From an uncultured Pirellula sp. (GTDB lineage Bacteria > Planctomycetota > Planctomycetia > Pirellulales > PNKZ01), in the NCBI GenBank assembly GCA_964633125.1, contig CAZWDN010000002.1:2104-66103 (forward strand): a stretch of DNA of 64,000 nt, in the 5' to 3' direction. The stretch's first letter is position 1; every line of letters begins with the position of its first letter. The notes beneath the pieces are model-generated. The model searched no databases. It worked only from the letters and a program-made list of their open reading frames with translations, and was not told where the DNA came from. The position numbers and the translations under genes are program-made. Shown in pieces: positions 56,881 to 64,000 of the stretch.

Positions 56881-59610
56881 ATGGCGACCGTCGCCGCAGG
56901 CACCGGGCTTGTCTCGGGCCTTAATTATACGCAGATCGCCGACTCGCTCATCACGCTGGATAAGGCTCCGATCGATCAGCTCACGACTGATCTCAATAAT
57001 CGCAAAGGCGCTCAGGCCGCGTATACCGGCCTCTCCGCAACGCTGCTCTCGCTTTCGCTCTCCGTGTCGACGCTCGGTCGGTCCAGTACGCTCGATTCGC
57101 GCGTTGCCGGCAGTTCCAACGCTTCGCTCGTAAGCGCCAGGGCCGATACGACGGCAGTTCTCGGCTCCTACAATTTCCGGCCCGTTCGGTTGGCGCAAAC
57201 TCAACGCTTTACCTCCGCGGGCTTTGCGGATCTCGGCACGGCGAAGGTCGGCGCGGGAACCATCTCGATCAAGCGCGGCGGCTTTGTCGCCGCCGACACG
57301 TCGCTCGATGCGCTCAACGGCGGCGCCGGCGTCGCTCGCGGCAAGATTCGCATCACCGATCGCAGCGGCGTGGCGACCGTCGTCGATCTGAGCGGCACGC
57401 GCACCGTCGGCGACGTGCTCAAGACCATCAATGATAACGGCATCGCCGCCGTGACCGCCTCCGTCCGCGGTGACGCGATCGTCCTCACCGATCAATCGGG
57501 TTCGACCGCGAGCGAACTAAAGGTTCAAGAACTCGGCGGCGGCCGCACCGCCGCTGACCTCGGGATTCTGGGATCGGTTGCGGCGAATGAAAAAGTCGGT
57601 ACCGACGTCGTCAAGCTCGGAAGCGATTTGCGTCTCTCGCATCTGAACGACGGACTGGGCGTGCGCACCAACGGCACACAGGACGACCTTCGTATCACGC
57701 TCAAAGACGGCGGTACGATCGACGTCAAGCTTGCATCCGCGAAGACGATTCAAGACGTCGTAACGGCCATCAACGGCGACAGTGAAAATAGCAACCGAGT
57801 CACCGCTTCGATCTCCGGCGGCGGCGATGCGCTTGTACTTACGGATACCACGGGCGGCGGCGGAACGCTCGCGGTAGCGGCCCTCAACGGCAGCAAAGCG
57901 GCCGCGGATCTCGGCATTCTCGGTTCCGAGCAATCCGGCGGCGTGCTCACGGGCAAGCGAGTTCTGGCCGGGCTCAATTCCGTCCTTCTGAAGAATCTTA
58001 ACGGCGGCTCCGGCATCTCGATACCCGGCCAAGTACAACTCACCGATCGCAGCGGAGCCACCGCCGCGATCGACCTCTCCGGCGCCGGAAGCCTCGGCGA
58101 AGTGATCGACGCGATTAATGCCGCCGGACTCGGCATCAAAGCCGCTCTCAACGACCAAGGGCACGGCCTCACGCTCACCGACACGACCGGTTCGTCGGCC
58201 TCGAATCTCATCGTCGCCGACCTTTCGGGCGGCACGACCGCCGCGGATCTGAACATCGACGGGAGCGTGGCGGCGACGACGATCAAATCGGGCGATTTGC
58301 ACCGCGCCTACATCAACGAAAATACGTCGCTCGGCAGCCTCGGCAACGGGGCGGGCATTCGCGACGGGCAGATCAAGATCAAAGACAAAGCCGGCAATTC
58401 GACCGTGCTGATCATCAACGGCGACAACTACAAGACTCTCGGCGACTTGATCACCGGTATTAATGCGGGCAGTGCGCAAGTCACGGCATCAATCAATGCC
58501 ACGGGCGACGGCTTGCTGATTTCCGACATCTCCGGCGGAGCCGGCTCGTTGACGGTCGAAGACATCGGCTCAAGCAAGTCTGCCGCCGATCTACGCATCG
58601 CCGGAACCGGCTCCCCGACGATCGACGGCGCTTTCGTCGATCGCGTCGAAATCGATGCCGACGACACGCTTAACGACGTGATCGCGAAAATCGGCTCCAG
58701 CGGCGCTCCGATTAACGCGTCGTTTTTCAATGTCGGCGGCACCGACGGCTTCAAACTCCTGGTCAGTTCGAAAAAGGGGGGCGAAGTCGGTCGCCTACTC
58801 ATCGATTCCGGTACGACCGGTTTGAATCTTAATCAGTCCCAAGAAGGGCTCGACGCCGTCGTTCAACTCAGCGGTAACGGCTCCGCGCCCGTCGTGTTTG
58901 CCTCGGCGACTAACTCCTTCAGCTCCGTCGTCGCCGGATTGTCCGTCGATATCACCGGCGTTTCGGCGTCATCCGTAACGATTAACGTCGAACAAAGTTC
59001 CGATGCAATCGTCGATTCCGTGACTGCGTTCGTGAAGAGCTTCAACACCATCAGCGATTCGCTTGCCAAGCAGACGAAGTTCGACACGACCACCAACACC
59101 TCGGCAATTCTGCAAGGAGATCAAACGGCGATCGCCTTGCAAAGTGCGTTGCTGTCGTTCGTGTCCAAGCGGTACGGCAACGGCGGCAACGCATTTCGCA
59201 CGTTTAGCCAACTCGGCATCACGCTCTCCGGCGGTCAACTTACCGTCGATGAGAGCAAGCTTCGCGCGCAAGTTTCCGCCGATCCGGCCGCCGTCAAAGA
59301 CTTCTTCGGCGCGACGAATGTCGGCGCCTCGGCGCAAATCGGCAAAGTCATCAAAGGCTACACCGACGCCGCCGTGGGCACGCTCTTCAATAAGATCGAC
59401 TCGCTCGATAGACAACAAGAATCGCTCCAAGCTCGAATCGACAAGATCACCAAGTCCGTGGAAGCCAAACGCAATCGTATTCTCAACCAGTTTCTCGTGC
59501 TTGAGAAAACGCTGGCGACCTTGCAATCGCAACAAACGTCGCTCAACAGTCTTGCCTCTCTCGCCGCTTCGACGTCCTCGAGTTCCAGTTCGTCGAAATC
59601 CGGCAACTAA
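56881..59610 (+). CDS. fliD: Flagellar filament cap protein FliD (HAP2), enlarged (909 aa)
   Basis: The N-terminus reads MATVAAGTGLVSGLNYTQIADSLITLDKAPIDQLTTDL. A C-terminal FliD domain is present (FNTISDSLAKQTKFD...AILQGDQTAIALQS...LSQLGITLSGGQLTVDESKL...). Four tandem ~110-aa repeats lie in between, and the protein ends in a poly-Ser tail. Confidence 0.88.
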   Translation: MATVAAGTGLVSGLNYTQIADSLITLDKAPIDQLTTDLNNRKGAQAAYTGLSATLLSLSLSVSTLGRSSTLDSRVAGSSNASLVSARADTTAVLGSYNFRPVRLAQTQRFTSAGFADLGTAKVGAGTISIKRGGFVAADTSLDALNGGAGVARGKIRITDRSGVATVVDLSGTRTVGDVLKTINDNGIAAVTASVRGDAIVLTDQSGSTASELKVQELGGGRTAADLGILGSVAANEKVGTDVVKLGSDLRLSHLNDGLGVRTNGTQDDLRITLKDGGTIDVKLASAKTIQDVVTAINGDSENSNRVTASISGGGDALVLTDTTGGGGTLAVAALNGSKAAADLGILGSEQSGGVLTGKRVLAGLNSVLLKNLNGGSGISIPGQVQLTDRSGATAAIDLSGAGSLGEVIDAINAAGLGIKAALNDQGHGLTLTDTTGSSASNLIVADLSGGTTAADLNIDGSVAATTIKSGDLHRAYINENTSLGSLGNGAGIRDGQIKIKDKAGNSTVLIINGDNYKTLGDLITGINAGSAQVTASINATGDGLLISDISGGAGSLTVEDIGSSKSAADLRIAGTGSPTIDGAFVDRVEIDADDTLNDVIAKIGSSGAPINASFFNVGGTDGFKLLVSSKKGGEVGRLLIDSGTTGLNLNQSQEGLDAVVQLSGNGSAPVVFASATNSFSSVVAGLSVDITGVSASSVTINVEQSSDAIVDSVTAFVKSFNTISDSLAKQTKFDTTTNTSAILQGDQTAIALQSALLSFVSKRYGNGGNAFRTFSQLGITLSGGQLTVDESKLRAQVSADPAAVKDFFGATNVGASAQIGKVIKGYTDAAVGTLFNKIDSLDRQQESLQARIDKITKSVEAKRNRILNQFLVLEKTLATLQSQQTSLNSLASLAASTSSSSSSSKSGN

Positions 59611-59646
59611 CGCCCCCGCCACTCTTGATTAGGGTCGAATTCACGG

Positions 59647-60144
59647 ATGAACACCAATAACCAATACTTCGCCGATCAAGTTCTCACCGCCTCGCCGCAA
59701 CGCCTGCAACTGATGCTCATCGAAGCGGCGCTGCGTGCCGCGCGACGCGGCGAAGAACTCATTGCGTCCGGCTCTCCGGTTGCCGCAAGCGCCGAACTCG
59801 CCCAAGCCGAAGCGATCATGTCCGATCTCATCGGCTCGCTTCGTAAAGATCTTGCTCCCGAACTCGTGGCGCAAGTCGCCGTGGTCTACGGCTTCATTCT
59901 CAAGTCGATTACGGAAACGCACCTGTCCGACGATCTCGCGCCGCTTCGTGCCGCGATTCGCGTGTTGGAGATCGAGAATGAAACGTGGCGCCTCGTCTGC
60001 TCGCGCTCGTCATCGACAGATGCGGAAACCCCGGCGTCGTCGAACCCGCCTGCACCGCACTCCAACTACTCCGCCCCCGCGCCGCAAGCCGCCTTCGATA
60101 GCCTCTCCTCCGGCTACACGGGCGGCTTCACGTTTGAAGCATAG
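59647..60144 (+). CDS. fliS: Flagellar export chaperone FliS (with Pro-rich C-terminal extension)
   Basis: YFADQVLTASPQRLQLMLIEAALRAARRG ... VYGFILKSI. It sits after fliD. Confidence 0.9.
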   Translation: MNTNNQYFADQVLTASPQRLQLMLIEAALRAARRGEELIASGSPVAASAELAQAEAIMSDLIGSLRKDLAPELVAQVAVVYGFILKSITETHLSDDLAPLRAAIRVLEIENETWRLVCSRSSSTDAETPASSNPPAPHSNYSAPAPQAAFDSLSSGYTGGFTFEA

Positions 60145-60172
60145 CGCATGTCTCGTCACGACCGCTATCGGC

Positions 60173-60195
60173 CCTTCTCCCCTCGCGGGAGAAGG
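60173..60195. repeat. GC-rich hairpin between convergent fliS and mqn-like genes
   Basis: CCTTCTCCC-CTCGC-GGGAGAAGG is a 9-bp perfect stem. It belongs to a motif type (cccttctcccctcgcgggagaagg) that looks like a generic REP-like intergenic palindrome. There is no T-run. Confidence 0.4.
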
Positions 60196-60242
60196 TGCCC
60201 GAAGGGCGGCGGCGGGTGTTTGCGCATTCAGCCGGCCGAACG

Positions 60243-61106
60243 CTAGTCAATAAACTCCGGCTCGACCAAGTGCGGAATCACGCCGGCTTCATAGCCGCGG
60301 CGGAGCAACAATCGCACCGCCTCGCGTCCGCGCGTGCCCCAATCCACGGTCCAGTCGTTCACGTACATGCCGACAAACTTGTCGGCCTGCGCCCGATTCA
60401 AGTCGCGACCGTATTGCAAGGCGTGGTCGAGCGCGTCTTTGCGATGTTCCAATCCGTAGACGATGCTCTGCCGCAGCATCCGGTTGATCTCTTTCATCGC
60501 GGGCAGGCCCAGGTCTTTGCGAATGACGTTACCTCCCAGCGGCAGCGGCAGGCCCGTCGTTTGAAACCACCACTCGCCGAGGTCGACCGAAAGCTCGAGC
60601 TTGCGGTCGCCATACGTGAGTTGCCCTTCGTGGATGATCAGGCCCGCGTCGACTTTCTTCCCATCCCAGGTGCCTGCTTCGACCGCTTCAAAAATCCGGT
60701 CAAACGGCACGACTACGTGCGAGAAGTCGTTTCCCAGACAAAGCCGCAGCGCTAAGTAAGCCGTCGTCCGCGTGCCTGGCACGGCGATGGTCATCGTCCG
60801 CAATTCGTCGAGCGTGTATTTCTTCCGGCCGATCACCATCGGGCCGTAGCGATCTCCCATGCTCGCGCCGCACGGGCAGAGCGCGTATTTGTCGGTGAGG
60901 TATGCGTACCCGTGGATGCTCACCGCTGACACTTCCAACTCGCCGTGCATGGCCCGTTGGTTGAGTGTCTCGATGTCGACGAGTTCGTGCGTGAATTCGT
61001 ACGGTCCCGTGTCGATCTTGCCGTTGGCCAAGGCGTGAAACATGAAGGCATCGTCGGGATCGGGCGAGTGCCCGACGCGGATCAGCGTCTTTTCGGCGGT
61101 CGGCAT
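60243..61106 (-). CDS. Menaquinone (futalosine-pathway) biosynthesis family protein, MqnA/MqnD periplasmic-binding-like fold
   Basis: IRVGHSPDPDDAFMFHALANGKIDTG...ELVDIETLN... matches the pattern of the MqnA/MqnD (VitK2_biosynth) family. Which of the two activities it has cannot be decided by eye. Confidence 0.7.
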   Translation of the reverse strand: MPTAEKTLIRVGHSPDPDDAFMFHALANGKIDTGPYEFTHELVDIETLNQRAMHGELEVSAVSIHGYAYLTDKYALCPCGASMGDRYGPMVIGRKKYTLDELRTMTIAVPGTRTTAYLALRLCLGNDFSHVVVPFDRIFEAVEAGTWDGKKVDAGLIIHEGQLTYGDRKLELSVDLGEWWFQTTGLPLPLGGNVIRKDLGLPAMKEINRMLRQSIVYGLEHRKDALDHALQYGRDLNRAQADKFVGMYVNDWTVDWGTRGREAVRLLLRRGYEAGVIPHLVEPEFID

Positions 61107-61238
61107 AACGGCTCACATTCGGGTACGAAACAACGAAACTCGGCGGCCTTTCCGTGAGACCGCACGTGTGAATTTTACCGAAAACGGCCCCGTCGTCGAC
61201 CGACCACGGCTCCCTTGTCGAAATGCCGTCGGTTTCCG

Positions 61239-62414
61239 ATGATAGAAGAGTTGTATTCCCCACGGAGGCCGCTCATTTTGGCACTGCAGCGCAATCAGAC
61301 ACGAGCCGTCAAGGTCGGCACCTGCACCATCGGCGGCGGCCGCCCCATCGCCGTGCAGAGCATGACGGCCACGCACACTCAGGACATCGCCGCCACGGTC
61401 GGTCAGGCGAACGACCTCTTGGCCGCCGGAGCCGACGTCGTGCGGATCGCCGTCGATAGTTCCAAAGACGCCGCGGCTCTGGCCGAAATCCGGAAGCAGA
61501 CCAAGGCCAATCTCTCGGTCGATCTCCAAGAGAATTATCGCCTCTGTGTCGAAGTCGCCCCTAGCGTCGATAAGATCCGGTACAACCCCGGCCACTTGTA
61601 TCACCACGAGCGCACGAAGCCGTGGCAAGACAAGGTGAAGCTCATCGCCGACACCGCGGCCGCCCACGATTGCGCCTTGCGCGTCGGCGTCAATTGCGGC
61701 TCGGTCGATCCCGACAAGCTCGGCAAGTTCCCCGAGGACGACTCCATCTCGCCGATGCTCGCCAGCGCTTGGGAACATTGCGAACTGCTCGACTCGCTCG
61801 GCTTCACGCGCTATATCGTTTCGTTGAAAGATTCCGATCCGGCTAAAGTGATCGAGGTCAACAAACGTTTTGCCGAACAAAGGCCCGACGTGCCGCTGCA
61901 TCTCGGCGTGACGGAAGCCGGGCTTCCTCCCGACGGCATCATCAAAACGCGCATCGCCTTCGAGCAACTCATCAGCCGCGGCATCGGCGACACGATTCGC
62001 GTCTCGCTCACCGTTCCCAACTCGAAGAAGAGCGAAGAGATCGTCGCCGGTCGCGCGATTCTCGCCGACATCGCCGCCGGCCGCGTGCGCAGCGTCGTCG
62101 ATTTCGGCCTCGGCACCTTGAACATCATCAGTTGCCCGAGCTGCTCGCGCGTCGAGAACGAAGCGTTCATCGAGCTGGCCCAACAGGTCAAAATCATGAC
62201 GGAGTACGCCAAGGCGTACGACCTGACGATCGCCGTGATGGGCTGCCGGGTGAACGGTCCCGGCGAAACCGACGACGCCGATCTCGGTCTCTGGTGCGGC
62301 CCGACGCACGTGAACCTCAAAAAGGGAAGCGCCGAGCTAGGAGCCTACAAGTACGACGAAATTCTCCCGAAGCTCAAGGCCGAGCTTGATCAACTCATCG
62401 CCGCCAAGGCTTGA
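61239..62414 (+). CDS. ispG: 4-hydroxy-3-methylbut-2-en-1-yl diphosphate synthase IspG (GcpE)
   Basis: [38 protein letters not shown] and [10 protein letters not shown] motifs are present. Confidence 0.93.
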   Translation: MIEELYSPRRPLILALQRNQTRAVKVGTCTIGGGRPIAVQSMTATHTQDIAATVGQANDLLAAGADVVRIAVDSSKDAAALAEIRKQTKANLSVDLQENYRLCVEVAPSVDKIRYNPGHLYHHERTKPWQDKVKLIADTAAAHDCALRVGVNCGSVDPDKLGKFPEDDSISPMLASAWEHCELLDSLGFTRYIVSLKDSDPAKVIEVNKRFAEQRPDVPLHLGVTEAGLPPDGIIKTRIAFEQLISRGIGDTIRVSLTVPNSKKSEEIVAGRAILADIAAGRVRSVVDFGLGTLNIISCPSCSRVENEAFIELAQQVKIMTEYAKAYDLTIAVMGCRVNGPGETDDADLGLWCGPTHVNLKKGSAELGAYKYDEILPKLKAELDQLIAAKA

Positions 62415-62424
62415 GCAACTGCTC

Positions 62425-62856
62425 ATGAGCGACGCCGACTCGCCAGACGATCTCCCCGATATTCGGCTCGGCATGGACGATTTCTGCCGCTTGGCCGGAA
62501 AAGTCGTCGACGCTCTGCCGCCGCAGTTTCAAGAGTGGATGGATAACGTCGTCGTAGACGTCCGCAACCGTCCGACGCGCCGGCAACTCGAAGGTCTCGG
62601 GCTCGATCCCGAACAAGACACGCTGCTCGGGCTGTTCGAGGGCGTACCCGTCACGCAGCAAGAATTCGACGAGGCGTATCCGAATCGCGTTTGGCTCTTC
62701 AAACGCTCGATCGAAGAAGTCTGCCGCTCGCGCGAGGAAGTTGCGTACGAAATCCGCCGGACGATCATTCACGAACTCGCGCACCATTTCGGCTGGAGCG
62801 AGGAAGACCTGGAAGCGTTCGAGTCGCAACCGAACCCCTTCGATGAGAATGATTAA
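62425..62856 (+). CDS. Small zincin-like metallopeptidase-family protein
   Basis: IIHELAHHFGWSEEDLEAFE (HExxH) sits in a ~140-aa acidic protein. This resembles the 'possible metallopeptidase' Zincin_1-type family. Confidence 0.7.
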   Translation: MSDADSPDDLPDIRLGMDDFCRLAGKVVDALPPQFQEWMDNVVVDVRNRPTRRQLEGLGLDPEQDTLLGLFEGVPVTQQEFDEAYPNRVWLFKRSIEEVCRSREEVAYEIRRTIIHELAHHFGWSEEDLEAFESQPNPFDEND

Positions 62857-62862
62857 CCGGCT

Positions 62863-63265
62863 GTAGGGAACGCCTCGGAGGGCGCTCCCTACGGAGCCTG
62901 CAAATCGACGTAAGTCCCCATTCGCGTGCGCGACTTACGTCGACTCTCATTTTCGCGCTGCGCACATAACTCGAGTTATGTGCGCACCCCTTGTGGGTTT
63001 TGGGGTTGTGCGTAGATAACCGAAGTTATGTGCGCAGGCCGTTTTCGACCGTCGACGTAAGTAGGGAACACGAAGAACTACTTACGTCCAAGTAGTCCGC
63101 TGCCGGAGCGGCGGAAATGCGCGTTCTCGGTCGATGTCGATAGCCGTCGCGCACGACGGCGGGTGCCGTTTTGCCGCTACGTAGCGGCGGCCTGCTCAAT
63201 TGCCAAAGATCATCCCGCAACGTAGCGAATCCGGCGGGCGATCTCCAGGCAACTTTTGGCCGGCC
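62863..63265. repeat. Composite palindromic intergenic element, copy 2
   Basis: A GTAGGGAACGCC...GGCGCTCCCTAC hairpin lies at 62863-62892. Hairpin A is at 62905-62943, B at 62960-62985, C at 63010-63035 (2 mismatches in the 5' arm) and D at 63054-63088. A variable hairpin-rich insert follows, then the tail module at 63198-63265. The 187-nt A-D block is collinear with 18137-18323 without indels. Confidence 0.9.
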
Positions 63266-63386
63266 TTGCCGCTCCCGCATCTTGATGGCCTTGAAATTTC
63301 TTGCACTACGGAGGCGCGCCGGATAGATTCGCCCTGAATACGCCGTTCTCTCTAGGTCGTTGAGCACGTCATTTTCGGTGGAAAAC

Positions 63387-63911
63387 ATGAGCAATCCCGA
63401 GTTCAAAATCAATACGGGCGAGTCGGGAAGCATCGCGGAGAAGTTGCAAAAGAAGTCGTTCGGCCAAGCGAAAGGGTTGTTGATCTTCGCCGGCATCACG
63501 TTGTTGGTCAGCGCCGGCATTACGTTGGCGACCGCCGAAAGTCAGAGCGTCGATGCGGCCCGTGCTCAAGCGGCGAATAAGGCCGAAGTCGAGCAACTCG
63601 CCAACCAAATCATGCTCGGCGTTTACATCATCGGCGGCGGGATCGGCGTTTGCGGGCTGGCTCTATTCATCCTCGGTTTCTTCGTCAAACGCGCTCCGGT
63701 CGGCGTCACGGCGGCCGGCCTGATGCTCTACCTGGGCGTTCATGGCGCTCTCGGCTTTCTCGATCCGACCAACATCGTCAGCGGCATCATCGTCAAGATT
63801 CTGATCGTCGTCGGCCTCATCGCCTCGCTCAAATCAGCGGTCGCTTATGAGGCGGCGCAGAAAAAGAAACGCTTCGATGAAGACGGCCTGGAAATCGTCG
63901 CCGCTAATTGA
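63387..63911 (+). CDS. Hypothetical membrane protein (about 4 TM helices)
   Basis: Hydrophobic segments include GLLIFAGITLLVSAGITLA, IMLGVYIIGGGIGVCGLALFILGFF, VTAAGLMLYLGVHGALGF and GIIVKILIVVGLIASL. No family was recognised. Confidence 0.55.
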   Translation: MSNPEFKINTGESGSIAEKLQKKSFGQAKGLLIFAGITLLVSAGITLATAESQSVDAARAQAANKAEVEQLANQIMLGVYIIGGGIGVCGLALFILGFFVKRAPVGVTAAGLMLYLGVHGALGFLDPTNIVSGIIVKILIVVGLIASLKSAVAYEAAQKKKRFDEDGLEIVAAN

Positions 63912-63917
63912 GTCGCG

Positions 63918-64000
63918 CTAGTCGACGATTTCCAACTTCATTTCATCCGAGTTGCCGCGGAGTTCCGGCGCGTACATCGCCGAGGCCCGCGTGGGCAGCG
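63918..64000 (-). CDS. 3' end of an unidentified minus-strand gene running off the window
   Basis: The open frame on the minus strand ends ...PELRGNSDEMKLEIVD-stop (the stop is the complement of 63918-63920). Only 26 codons are visible. Confidence 0.25.
   Translation of the reverse strand, partial: LPTRASAMYAPELRGNSDEMKLEIVD

Noticed and set aside
56789-57133. 114-aa ORF starting at a TTG three nt after a strong AAGGAG, overlapping the fliD 5' end in another frame.
   Set aside because: The SD-start spacing is too short and the product is Cys/Arg/Ser-rich with no recognisable features. The region is fully explained by fliD, whose N-terminus matches the FliD family from the ATG at 56881.
60173-60230. 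The hairpin cccttctcccctcgcgggagaagg plus the following G-rich tract as a specific regulatory element for fliS or the mqn-like gene.
   Set aside because: It looks like a generic REP-like GC hairpin between convergent genes, probably a transcript-end stabiliser. There is no T-run and nothing links it to either gene specifically.

Overview
High-GC bacterial chromosomal segment. It is probably from a Planctomycetota (Pirellulales-like) genome; this is inferred from DUF1570/DUF1573-type proteins, a thioredoxin-NHL protein, many GT2/GT-C genes and the codon style, with no search run.

Gene content, by region:
- ~1-17.7 kb: a densely packed envelope-glycan locus. It holds a GT-B-like gene, two CDP-alcohol phosphotransferase domains (one fused to a GT2), GT2, a NodB deacetylase, GT4, GT9, two GT-C membrane transferases, a Dpm1-like GT2 and a UPF0104 flippase-like protein, with lhgO embedded.
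- 18-41 kb: Nramp transporter, HExxH protein, VanZ, a CDP-6-deoxyhexose gene set (rfbG, SDR, ArnC-like GT2, rfbF, rfbC-like), PolX, Trx-NHL, DUF1573, feoA-feoA-feoB plus a Cys-rich peptide, amidase, mutS, comF and hemC.
- 41.3-60.1 kb: one same-strand flagellar cluster, flgF-flgG-flgA-flgH-flgI-flgJ(N)-flgN-flgK-flgL-fliW-csrA-fliC-fliD-fliS.
- 60.2-64 kb: MqnA/D-like gene, ispG, a small metallopeptidase and a membrane protein.

I recognised no rRNA, tRNA, CRISPR array, cas gene, transposase or integrase.

Most notable observations:
1. All three distal flagellar axial proteins are greatly enlarged by internal repeats: FlgL 1110 aa, flagellin 1024 aa, FliD 909 aa. FlgL and FliD share a ~100-aa repeat module.
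2. A 187-nt four-hairpin composite palindromic element, plus a 68-nt tail module, occurs twice (18.1 kb and 62.9 kb). Stems and spacing are conserved while loops diverge.
3. There is a GT2::CDP-alcohol phosphotransferase fusion in a translationally coupled glycan operon.
4. A near-consensus sigma-54 promoter lies upstream of flgF.

All functional calls come from reading the translations by eye. No database search was run.
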